This document shows, piece after piece, positions 1 through 8,401 of a DNA stretch of 64,000 nt. Both the position numbers and the translations under genes were made by a program. The notes under the pieces are model-generated. The model ran no database searches. It was not told the DNA's origin and saw only the letters and a program-made list of their open reading frames with translations. The stretch is from Emcibacter sp. (GTDB taxonomy: Bacteria > Pseudomonadota > Alphaproteobacteria > Sphingomonadales > Emcibacteraceae): positions 1,773-65,772 of the forward strand of contig JAIOYI010000013.1 in the NCBI GenBank assembly GCA_021741205.1, written 5' to 3'. The first letter of the stretch is position 1. Each line of letters begins with the position of its first letter.

Positions 1-2
1 AA

Positions 3-560
3 TCAGAAAGAATATTCCTTCAAATATTTCCGAGCCAATTCCTGATACCCAACTGTTCCTGCCATCATGCCTTTTAAAGCCTCATCATTAAGATCACGAA
101 ATTTTTGTGCTGGTCTCCCTGCCCATAATTCTCTAGATTTAACCCTTTTACTAGGGCTAAGCAAAGAGCCTGCGGCCAGCATTCCTTCATTTTCAACATG
201 TGATCCATCCATCGTGACGGCACAAAATCCTACAAAGCCCTTATCCTCAATGGTGGTACCATGGATCATAGCACTATGCCCAACCAACACATTGTCCCCA
301 ATAATGGTTTTAATACCTCTGCCATCCACATGAATAACTGTATTGTCCTGAATATTGGTTCCTTTGCCTATACGAATAGCTTCAACATCCCCCCGCAGAA
401 CACAATTAAACCATATACTTGAATTATCGCCAATTTCCACATCGCCAATAATACGAGCTCCGGGTGCTATGAATACACCCTTCCCTAATTTTGGCCAAAC
501 ACCATTAAATGGATATAGCTTTCCGCCTCCAGGGGCAGATCTGCATAATTCTTCTGTCAT
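3..560 (-). CDS. gamma-carbonic-anhydrase-like / hexapeptide-repeat (LbH) family protein (YrdA/PaaY-like)
   Basis: Complete 185-aa ORF. Left-handed beta-helix hexapeptide repeats (IGDNSSIWFNCVLRGDV, IGKGTNIQDNTVIHVD, IGDNVLVGHSAMIHG) with His residues at gamma-CA positions. Confidence 0.8.
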   Translation of the reverse strand: MTEELCRSAPGGGKLYPFNGVWPKLGKGVFIAPGARIIGDVEIGDNSSIWFNCVLRGDVEAIRIGKGTNIQDNTVIHVDGRGIKTIIGDNVLVGHSAMIHGTTIEDKGFVGFCAVTMDGSHVENEGMLAAGSLLSPSKRVKSRELWAGRPAQKFRDLNDEALKGMMAGTVGYQELARKYLKEYSF

Positions 561-575
561 AAAAATTCTCCATTC

Positions 576-1706
576 TTATGGGAATAACGGGGCTTGCCTT
601 AAAGATAGCGTTTCTTCCAATCCAAACATGATATTCATATTTTGAATAGCCTGTCCTGACGAACCCTTAACCAAATTATCAATAGCCACAACAAGAATAG
701 CACGTTCTGGTACACGGTCAGCAAAAACACCAATCAAACATTGATTGGACCCTCTCACATGGCGAGTAGCGGGCACAACACCTTCGTCCACAACATGAAC
801 AAAAGGCTCATCCCGATAGGCATCAATTAGGCATGCCCGGAGGTCATCCGCCGTTTGTTCCTTATTCATTGTCACATATATCGTTTCAAGCTCTCCCCTG
901 TTCATGGGAATCAAATGAGGAGTAAAAGTTACCATTAATGGCTCACCATAAGCGAGCGATAATTCCTGTTCAATTTCTGGTGAATGTCTATGATTTGCTA
1001 TACCATAAGGATGCATCGCTTCTGAAACTTCGGCAAATAAATTAACCTCCTTAAGGGAACGACCTGCCCCGCTAGCCCCTGACTTAGCATCGATTATAAT
1101 ACCGTCTTTTTTAATTTTCTTACTCTTTAAAAGTGGAATAAGCGTGAGCAATGCAGCCGTTGGATAACAACCCGGACAGGCCACAAGACGTGCCTTCTTA
1201 ATCTCATCACGATAATGTTCTGTCAGTCCATATACCGCCTCTTTCTGAAGTTCTATGGCTTGATGATATTCACCGTACCATTTGGTGTACACATCGGTAT
1301 CTCTCAATCTAAAGTCCGCCGATAGATCAATAACCTTAACCGATCCCTTTATGGCATTGGCATAATCCGCGGGACGTTCAATCATAAGCTCATCAATGAT
1401 ACCATGTCCCGTTTCATGCAAAATGCCTTTGATAATTTCTTGTGAGGTTGCATGAGGCAGTGCACAAAAAACAACATCCACATCAAGCCCCGGCCACTCC
1501 ACATCACCAATTGTTATGAGATTGGGTAACCCAAGTCCTGTCAAATGAGGATATACCGTTTCAATTGGCTGCCCTGCCTTACGGTCAGCCGTCATTAATA
1601 TGATTTCCACATTAGGATGTAAGACCAAAAGCCTGATTAATTCGGCGCCTGTATAACCACTAGCACCAAGAATTGCTGCTCTGATTTTTTTAGGTTCTTC
1701 TGTCAT
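576..1706 (-). CDS. argC: N-acetyl-gamma-glutamyl-phosphate reductase
   Basis: 376 aa. N-terminal Rossmann motif ILGASGYTGAELIRLL and catalytic-Cys region ACPGCYPTA typical of ArgC. ATG start. Confidence 0.9.
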   Translation of the reverse strand: MTEEPKKIRAAILGASGYTGAELIRLLVLHPNVEIILMTADRKAGQPIETVYPHLTGLGLPNLITIGDVEWPGLDVDVVFCALPHATSQEIIKGILHETGHGIIDELMIERPADYANAIKGSVKVIDLSADFRLRDTDVYTKWYGEYHQAIELQKEAVYGLTEHYRDEIKKARLVACPGCYPTAALLTLIPLLKSKKIKKDGIIIDAKSGASGAGRSLKEVNLFAEVSEAMHPYGIANHRHSPEIEQELSLAYGEPLMVTFTPHLIPMNRGELETIYVTMNKEQTADDLRACLIDAYRDEPFVHVVDEGVVPATRHVRGSNQCLIGVFADRVPERAILVVAIDNLVKGSSGQAIQNMNIMFGLEETLSLRQAPLFP

Positions 1707-1830
1707 TAGTTTTATCCATAGTTCAAAATAATTATTACTACTCTATATAATCATAATGAATAAGGATTACAAAACTATCTGCTGAAAAAATGAAGAAAAA
1801 TATAAAATAATATTTTGGCTGTATGAAAGA

Positions 1831-2232
1831 TTAGATGTCATTATAACCGATTGTAATCAAATGCTCTGCAAATTTTAAGTCGTCCTTTAATATAAGAATT
1901 AATAATTCATGACGCATTTCAAAAATAAATTGCTTCCAATCTGCCAGACTATTTTGGACATTCCCCAATTTTTTTACTTTTTCAAGAATGAGATCATCAA
2001 TATTCTCACGTCTTGCGTCAATAAATCCAAATTCTTCCATGATTTCTGCTTCATTCTTGAAATGCATTTCCAAACGCTCACAAATATTGGTGAATATCTT
2101 TTGGCAATGATCAGTATCAGAGGCTGTAAAGGCGTCAACCATCCCATTTAACAATCCAATGATTTCCAAATGCTCTTTGTCAATTTGCTCATGACCAACA
2201 AGAAATGCGGGGGTTAATTCAAAATATTTCAC
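1831..2232 (-). CDS. hemerythrin-like metal-binding protein (bacteriohemerythrin)
   Basis: 133 aa. Begins FLVGHEQIDKEHLEII; H/E ligand pattern (H..E, HF..E, H....D) is typical of hemerythrin HHE cation-binding domains. Confidence 0.7.
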   Translation of the reverse strand: MKYFELTPAFLVGHEQIDKEHLEIIGLLNGMVDAFTASDTDHCQKIFTNICERLEMHFKNEAEIMEEFGFIDARRENIDDLILEKVKKLGNVQNSLADWKQFIFEMRHELLILILKDDLKFAEHLITIGYNDI

Positions 2233-2304
2233 TAAAAATCATCCTATATAAAACGCATTACGATATTTTATATGTATATTATAAATATTTGTCACCTATT
2301 TTAG

Positions 2305-2340
2305 TACTTTCACAATAAAAAAAGGCCTGCACAAAATGTA
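2305..2340 (-). terminator. putative rho-independent terminator after rplM-rpsI
   Basis: Imperfect hairpin aaaggcctgcac/aaaa/tgtacaagccttt at 2311-2339, followed on the minus strand by a T-run (A-run 2305-2313 on plus). Lies about 40 nt downstream of the rpsI stop. Confidence 0.5.
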
Positions 2341-2378
2341 CAAGCCTTTGATTTTTATAATGATTATAATGTAAAGTC

Positions 2379-2879
2379 TTAACGCTTGGAGAATTGGAAG
2401 CTTCTACGCGCTTTTGCCTTACCATATTTTTTACGTTCAACCACACGGGCATCACGGGTCATGAAACCTTGCGCTTTTAAAGCTGGACGCAAAGTGGGTT
2501 CATAATAAGTCAATGCCTTTGAAATACCATGACGCACCGCACCCGCCTGACCAGAAAGGCCACCACCCTTAACAGTACAAATGACATCAAATTGACCAAC
2601 ACGTGATGTAACATCAAAAGGTTGATTAACAATCATCCGAAGTGTTGGGCGTGCGAAATATGTCTGCTGATCACGACCGTTAACGGTGATAACGCCCTTA
2701 CCCGGTTTAATCCAAACACGGGCAACCGCATCTTTACGTTTTCCTGTTGCGTATGAACGACCTTGAGCGTCAATTTTTGGCTCTACGGGAGTGGCATCAT
2801 CAACAAGATTTGCTACAGGCGCTTTAACTTCTGAAGTTATATTTTTCAAATCTTCCAGAGTTTTCTTTTCTTCAGCCAT
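2379..2879 (-). CDS. rpsI: 30S ribosomal protein S9
   Basis: 166 aa. C-terminal [19 protein letters not shown]...[10 protein letters not shown] is diagnostic of S9. N-terminal extension as seen in alphaproteobacteria. Confidence 0.95.
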   Translation of the reverse strand: MAEEKKTLEDLKNITSEVKAPVANLVDDATPVEPKIDAQGRSYATGKRKDAVARVWIKPGKGVITVNGRDQQTYFARPTLRMIVNQPFDVTSRVGQFDVICTVKGGGLSGQAGAVRHGISKALTYYEPTLRPALKAQGFMTRDARVVERKKYGKAKARRSFQFSKR

Positions 2880-3346
2880 TATACGCGACTCCTTGTATTC
2901 TTAATATTCATTCCAGCCACATCAAGCACTTCTGGATTCTGAGCCGCATGAGTATGTTCCGGTCCAGAAAATACCCGAAGATTTTTCATTTGGACACTGC
3001 CCAGTGGTCCACTGGGAACCATACGTTGAACGGCCTTTGTCACAACACGTTCTGGGTGTTCACCTTCCAAAAGCTGACGTGCAGTGCGTTCTTTAATGCC
3101 ACCAGGATGACCCGTGTGCCAGTAGTAAATTTTATCATCCATTTTTTTGCCGGATAATTTTACTTTTTCAGCATTGATAACAATGATGTTGTCGCCACAA
3201 TCCATATGAGGCGTATAAGAGGGCTTATGTTTGCCCCGCAGACGATTGGCAACAATAGCCGCAAGACGACCAAGGACAACACCCTCGGCATCAATAACAA
3301 ACCATTTTTTCTCAATGTCTGCAGGTTTTGCAGAAAAGGTTTTCAT
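2879..3346 (-). CDS. rplM: 50S ribosomal protein L13
   Basis: 155 aa. [29 protein letters not shown]...HTGHPGG is a canonical L13 sequence. 1-nt overlap with rpsI. Confidence 0.95.
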   Translation of the reverse strand: MKTFSAKPADIEKKWFVIDAEGVVLGRLAAIVANRLRGKHKPSYTPHMDCGDNIIVINAEKVKLSGKKMDDKIYYWHTGHPGGIKERTARQLLEGEHPERVVTKAVQRMVPSGPLGSVQMKNLRVFSGPEHTHAAQNPEVLDVAGMNIKNTRSRV

Positions 3347-3607
3347 CTAATATTCCTTAAATCAAAATCACCATGGACATAAAATTATAATCAGTTAATA
3401 CTGGCAATATTACCAAAACTAATCAAAAATATTTTCAACGCCATAAAACGTGGGCAATATGGCAGTATTTTTTTTAATGTCAATGGTATTTTTTTGAATT
3501 AATATCAGATAGTTACCTAAACGGTATTATAATACCATATATTAACTATCTAAAAACAAAGACTATTCTAAACTCAACCTATTAACAAAATAAAGGACAA
3601 GTGACAA

Positions 3608-4894
3608 ATGTCTGAAAACTATAACTTTTCAACATTAGCAATCCATGCAGGACAACAAGCAGACCCGACAACGGGAGCCTGTGCCACTCCCATCTATCAG
3701 ACGGCCTCTTTCGAATTTAAAAGCACAGAACAGGCAGCAAATCTCTTTAATTTGCAGGAATTTGGCAATATATATAGCCGACTCACCAATCCCACCGTGG
3801 CCGTTCTGGAAAATCGTGTTGCTGCCCTCGAAGGCGGCGTTACCGCCCTTGCAGTATCAAGCGGTCATGCGGCACAGTTCACCGTCTTTCATACCTTGCT
3901 CGAACCCGGCGATGAAATTCTAGCGGCAAATAAACTTTACGGCGGCTCTATCAACCAAATGGGCGAAAGCTTTAAAAAGTTCGGCTGGAAAACAACCTTT
4001 GTTAATCCAACCGCCGAAAGCTTCAAGGCAGCCATGAATGATAAAGTCAAGGCAATCTTTATCGAAAGCCTTGCCAATCCGGGCGGTGTTGTAACCGACA
4101 TTGCCGCCATTGCAAAAGTCGCCCATGATGCGGGTATTGTGCTTGTGGTGGATAATACGTTGGCAAGCCCCTATCTATGTCGTCCTATTGAGCATGGCGC
4201 GGATATTGTAGTACACAGCCTGACCAAATTTCTTGGTGGACAGGGTAACAGCATCGGCGGCATTGTTGTGGACAGTGGAAAATTCGACTGGATGGCAAGC
4301 GATAAATATAAAACCTTGTGCAAACCCACAAACAGCTATCATGGCATGGTCATTGGCGAAGTATTTGGCCCCGCCATGGGCAATATTGCCTTTGCTATTG
4401 CTTGCCGTGTACTCAGTCTACGTGATATTGGTCAATGTCTGTCACCACAAAATGCCTTTTATATCTTAAACGGTATCGAGACATTACCCCTGCGGATGCA
4501 ACGTCACTGCGATAATGCATTAAAGGTGGCTGAATTTTTGCGCAATCATAAAAAGGTTGCATGGGTATCCTATGCGGGACTTGACGGGGATAGCTATCAC
4601 GATCTGCAACAGAAATATATGCCAAATGGCGGCGGTGCTGTGATGACATTTGGGCTAAAAGGCGGCTATGATGCGGGGGTTAAAACGGTTCAATCCGTTA
4701 AACTGTTTAAGCATCTCGCCAATATTGGCGACACCCGAAGCCTGATTATCCACCCCTCGTCCACGACCCACCGTCAATTGGATGAAGCAGGGCAGATTGC
4801 CGCAGGTGCGGGACCAGACGTTGTGCGCCTGTCGGTCGGCATCGAGGATATTCGGGATATCATCGCAGACCTTGACCAAGCCTTAAATGGTTAA
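3608..4894 (+). CDS. metY: O-acetylhomoserine sulfhydrylase (aminocarboxypropyltransferase), PLP-dependent Cys/Met-metabolism family
   Basis: 428 aa. FSTLAIHAGQ..., NPT..VLE, PLP-lysine motif HSLTKFLGG, C-terminal LSVGIEDIRDIIADL. Length and motifs fit MetY/MetZ-type enzymes. Confidence 0.85.
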   Translation: MSENYNFSTLAIHAGQQADPTTGACATPIYQTASFEFKSTEQAANLFNLQEFGNIYSRLTNPTVAVLENRVAALEGGVTALAVSSGHAAQFTVFHTLLEPGDEILAANKLYGGSINQMGESFKKFGWKTTFVNPTAESFKAAMNDKVKAIFIESLANPGGVVTDIAAIAKVAHDAGIVLVVDNTLASPYLCRPIEHGADIVVHSLTKFLGGQGNSIGGIVVDSGKFDWMASDKYKTLCKPTNSYHGMVIGEVFGPAMGNIAFAIACRVLSLRDIGQCLSPQNAFYILNGIETLPLRMQRHCDNALKVAEFLRNHKKVAWVSYAGLDGDSYHDLQQKYMPNGGGAVMTFGLKGGYDAGVKTVQSVKLFKHLANIGDTRSLIIHPSSTTHRQLDEAGQIAAGAGPDVVRLSVGIEDIRDIIADLDQALNG

Positions 4895-4903
4895 AACCAA
4901 ATA

Positions 4904-4938
4904 GATGAACCTTTGGATCAAACAGCCAAAGGTTCATC
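4904..4938 (+). terminator. strong hairpin downstream of metY (possible terminator)
   Basis: Perfect 13-bp stem gatgaacctttgg / ccaaaggttcatc with a 9-nt loop, 10 nt after the metY stop. No clear T-run follows, so the assignment is tentative. Confidence 0.45.
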
Positions 4939-5067
4939 TAATCACCCCTCATTTTAAATATTGATTATACAACCAAATTATGTATACTGGCTGCAAATAT
5001 GGGGGCTTATACAATTACAAAATATCATTCCCCACAATAATTAGTTAATGCTTATAAAGGTAATATC

Positions 5068-5484
5068 ATGCGTTACTTAATTTTATTAGTCTTCTTTTTT
5101 TATACTTCTTTACTCGTACATGCAGAAGAAGAAAAAAATCAACTCACCCATGGGATGGTTCAAATGACGCTGAAGGTTGGGGAAACATCTCAACTAGAGG
5201 TAGCCGAAAATTTTGGAGCGCCAAACATTACTACTATTGATGGCAAAGGCCAAGAAGTATGGATATTTAATCGTCATGCTACCATATCGGCTTCAAAAAC
5301 CAATTCCAATAGTTTTTCCATTGGACTTGGTTTTGGTGCAGATGGAATTGGTGGTGGAGCTGGCGGAGGCGTAAGTAATTCTACATCAGGATTTGAACAA
5401 TCATCTAGATCTATGACTTTAATCATCAAATTCAATGAACAGAAGATAGTGTCTGATTTCCGTAGCAGATCTAGTTCATTTTAA
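5068..5484 (+). CDS. secreted hypothetical protein, BamE/SmpA-OmlA-like fold interrupted by a Gly/Ser-rich insert
   Basis: 138 aa. Sec signal peptide (LILLVFFFYTSLLVHA-EEE), BamE-like LTHGMVQMTLKVGETSQLEVAENFGAP...WIF, then GLGFGADGIGGGAGGGV. Confidence 0.55.
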   Translation: MRYLILLVFFFYTSLLVHAEEEKNQLTHGMVQMTLKVGETSQLEVAENFGAPNITTIDGKGQEVWIFNRHATISASKTNSNSFSIGLGFGADGIGGGAGGGVSNSTSGFEQSSRSMTLIIKFNEQKIVSDFRSRSSSF

Positions 5485-5510
5485 TTTAATATAAAATAAG
5501 TGGAAATATA

Positions 5511-5993
5511 ATGAAAAATATTATCATCTTACTAGCATGTATCAGTCTTACTGCCTGCGGATCTACACACAAAGTAAACCAACCCGTCTTATCTGGTCTA
5601 GCACTTCAACAACTGCAAACTCGGGAGTATGAAACGAATTACGAGATTGCTTTCAAATCTGTAATGTCTGTACTTCAGGATGCTGGATATATCCTTGAAA
5701 ATGCCGATATGAATACAGGATTTATTACTGGGAAGGCTCCATCAAACAGTAATACAACTTATAATATATGGACAGGTATTGGTAAAAAAAATGTAACCAC
5801 AAAAGTTAGTTCAACCGTTGATAAAATTGGTGACAATTATACAAAAATAAGACTCAACTTTGTTGCAATTGATGAAAATTCTAACTTATATGGGGATTCA
5901 CGTGTAGATACTCCCATAGAAGATAACGAAGTATATAATAACGTTTTTGAAAAGATAGGTGAAACAATCTTTATAAAGATGTCTACACAATAA
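5511..5993 (+). CDS. hypothetical lipoprotein
   Basis: 160 aa. Lipobox LLACISLTAC-GS. Sits 26 nt after the preceding secreted protein gene. No family recognised. Confidence 0.6.
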   Translation: MKNIIILLACISLTACGSTHKVNQPVLSGLALQQLQTREYETNYEIAFKSVMSVLQDAGYILENADMNTGFITGKAPSNSNTTYNIWTGIGKKNVTTKVSSTVDKIGDNYTKIRLNFVAIDENSNLYGDSRVDTPIEDNEVYNNVFEKIGETIFIKMSTQ

Positions 5994-6003
5994 CTAATCA
6001 ACA

Positions 6004-6315
6004 CTAACTCACCTCGATCCAATTTAGGTAATCCTGATCACCCCCTGTGATGTCCCATCGGACAATACAGGGGGTGTCATAGGAATGCAGTTCCTTTATA
6101 CGCTGAATGGTTTTGTCGGAAATATCCGTTCGGGTTTTCAGCAGCAAAGCGACCTCGCCTTCCTCACACAATGTTCCCTCCCATACATAAAGCGACAGAA
6201 TATCACCCGATATATTGGCACAAGCGATCAATTTTTCCGCTAAAAGTGTACGGGACAGGGTCACGGCCTCGGCCTTTGTCGGAACCGTAACATAAAGGGT
6301 GCAACAAGCCGTCAT
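6004..6315 (-). CDS. cutA: divalent-cation tolerance protein CutA
   Basis: 103 aa. LIACANI...SLYVWEG...LLKT...HSYDTPCI...G...YLNWI matches the CutA1 pattern. 4-nt overlap with ctaA. Confidence 0.85.
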   Translation of the reverse strand: MTACCTLYVTVPTKAEAVTLSRTLLAEKLIACANISGDILSLYVWEGTLCEEGEVALLLKTRTDISDKTIQRIKELHSYDTPCIVRWDITGGDQDYLNWIEVS

Positions 6316-7334
6316 CCGCTTTTAACACGGCGCAGGGCAAATAAGGCCGCCGACAAAACAATCATCGCCCCCGCTTGATGAGCAGCCGCCAAGGAAATTG
6401 GCACCACATGAAGCAGGGTAAATATGCCAAGCGTCACCTGCCCCACTATTGTTATCATGAGAAAATGGCCCGACAAACGCACACTGATATGGGAATCCTG
6501 TCTCAGTTTTAACCAAACAAAAAATCCAAATAGCGTAATAATATAGGCCAACATGCGATGATTGAATTGCACCGTCATGATATTTTCAAAAATATTCATA
6601 TACCATGGCACCATGCTATATAGCCCCTTGGGAATGAATTGTTCCTCCATAAGGGGCCATGTATTAAAAATCATGCCTGCATTCATGCCCGCCACAAGAC
6701 CGCCGAGCAATATCTGGATAAAAATCAGCAAAACCATAAAGGCGACTAAAACAGTGGGTCTTTTTCTGGTTCCCTCGCATCGCACCGTCACAAGACCGCT
6801 CGCCACCCAAAATATGTAAAGATAAATCAACACCGCAAGCCCAAGATGGGCCGTAAGACGGTAATGACTCACATCAGGTCTGTCCACAAGGCCGCTTTTG
6901 ACCATCCACCAACCAAGCGCCCCCTGCAGTCCGCCGAGGAAAAACATGATCCATAATTTAGGTTTCAACCAAGCAGATACTTTTCCCTTTAAAAGGAAAA
7001 TGACAAAGGGAACAAAAAAGACGACCCCAATCAGACGCCCCAGCAGACGATGGCTATATTCCCAAAAGAAAATAGACTTAAATTCCTCAAGACTCATGCC
7101 TTTGTTCACTTTTTGATATTCTGGATATTGTTGATAGGCTGAAAATTCTTTGGCCCATTCCTCCTCCCCAATGGGGGGGATAATGCCGCTTATGGGTTTC
7201 CAATGCACGATGCTAAGACCTGATTCCGTAAGACGTGTTACCCCACCCACAATCACCATGCAAAAAATCATCGCACAAACAAAAAAGAGCCAATTTGCAA
7301 TTTGTCTATTGTTTCGACTTTCCCAAGACATCAA
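6312..7334 (-). CDS. ctaA: heme A synthase (COX15/CtaA)
   Basis: 340 aa polytopic membrane protein. GGVTRLTESGLSIV.W, EF..Y...PEY, FWEYSHR, FNHRMLAY are typical COX15/CtaA His-containing motifs. Confidence 0.85.
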   Translation of the reverse strand: MMSWESRNNRQIANWLFFVCAMIFCMVIVGGVTRLTESGLSIVHWKPISGIIPPIGEEEWAKEFSAYQQYPEYQKVNKGMSLEEFKSIFFWEYSHRLLGRLIGVVFFVPFVIFLLKGKVSAWLKPKLWIMFFLGGLQGALGWWMVKSGLVDRPDVSHYRLTAHLGLAVLIYLYIFWVASGLVTVRCEGTRKRPTVLVAFMVLLIFIQILLGGLVAGMNAGMIFNTWPLMEEQFIPKGLYSMVPWYMNIFENIMTVQFNHRMLAYIITLFGFFVWLKLRQDSHISVRLSGHFLMITIVGQVTLGIFTLLHVVPISLAAAHQAGAMIVLSAALFALRRVKSG

Positions 7335-7491
7335 GCATCCTATATTTCTATGATTAATCTTTATGGCTTATTATTACATCTTTATTCTTTGACACAGATT
7401 ATAAACTATTTTTACGAATGTCTATTTCCCATTTTAAATAAAATTTTATTAAAATTAGAAACAAATTATTAGAAATTTCTAATATGTATTA

Positions 7492-8112
7492 ATGTTTAAT
7501 ATGTATAATTATAAAATGATGACAGCATTATTAGAAAAATTAAATCTATTTAAAATAGGATATAAACATCTAAATGTTTGTATATACCTGTTTGTTTTCA
7601 TATTGTTAGGCCTTATTCCCCTTAAGAGTAAGGCAGAAAATTTATATTTAGTTGATACTGATTTACCGCTTTTCCAATTCAAAACATCAGAAAAATTATA
7701 CGGTAATGAAAAATTTATCATTACGGGAAATATATATGCTGTTAAGGACAGAAATCCATACTCACAATTCAAAACATACCTTGCCTATGAAGAAAAATTA
7801 CCCATCATTGGTCTTCGCATGACTGCTGGAATTGAAATGCCTATTTTTAGTCAGAAAAAATGGAGTCTGCACATTAACGGAAAAATCACCGGTGTGAATG
7901 TTCATGCTCAATATGGCTCCATATATATAAGAAACAGATGGAATCTAGAGCAGCAGATAGGCTGTGGGGTCTATTACCAATTCAATAATTTTCTTCAGAT
8001 TTCAGCAGGCGCCTATCTATACCGTATCATTAATGACTTCCAATATGAAAATCCTTCTGATTTCATGATCACAAGCCAAGGAGGACTTGCCAATCTTCTC
8101 TTCAAATTCTAA
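7492..8112 (+). CDS. hypothetical protein, possible small outer-membrane beta-barrel
   Basis: 206 aa. Hydrophobic leader ending LKSKA-EN, alternating aromatic/hydrophilic strands, C-terminal ...NLLFKF (terminal Phe as in OMPs). Start codon uncertain. Confidence 0.45.
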   Translation: MFNMYNYKMMTALLEKLNLFKIGYKHLNVCIYLFVFILLGLIPLKSKAENLYLVDTDLPLFQFKTSEKLYGNEKFIITGNIYAVKDRNPYSQFKTYLAYEEKLPIIGLRMTAGIEMPIFSQKKWSLHINGKITGVNVHAQYGSIYIRNRWNLEQQIGCGVYYQFNNFLQISAGAYLYRIINDFQYENPSDFMITSQGGLANLLFKF

Positions 8113-8175
8113 TCTACCATGACATTTAAATTCAATTTATGAATTGTTTTTATTGATTTTTACCAAAAAAGCCTT

Positions 8176-8391
8176 ATGTCATCCTTTATGGATAAAAATA
8201 TCACCTATATTTTAATGGCGGGCGTAGCATTATTGTCTGGATTTTGCCTCTATAAAGCGCGCAAGCCAAAAGAACTTGGCAAATCATGGCACGTGCCTTG
8301 GAATGGGCTTTTGTTCCTGAATATTTTGATCTTGCTGCTGCTTGTTCGCCATATTTTTACGCTTTCAGGTATTGATTTTCCTACTCGCTAA
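8176..8391 (+). CDS. small hypothetical two-TM membrane protein
   Basis: 71-aa ORF with two hydrophobic segments, in an otherwise empty gap. No family recognised. Weak call. Confidence 0.3.
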   Translation: MSSFMDKNITYILMAGVALLSGFCLYKARKPKELGKSWHVPWNGLLFLNILILLLLVRHIFTLSGIDFPTR

Positions 8392-8401
8392 GGTCAAGCC
8401 A

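Noticed and set aside
3347-3607. Looked for a SAM-II/SAM-V-type riboswitch in the metY leader, since such elements are common upstream of metY/metX/metA in alphaproteobacteria.
   Set aside because: The region is very AT-rich, with no pseudoknot-forming GC stems or the conserved AAAGCU-type core. Only palindromic DNA motifs were seen.
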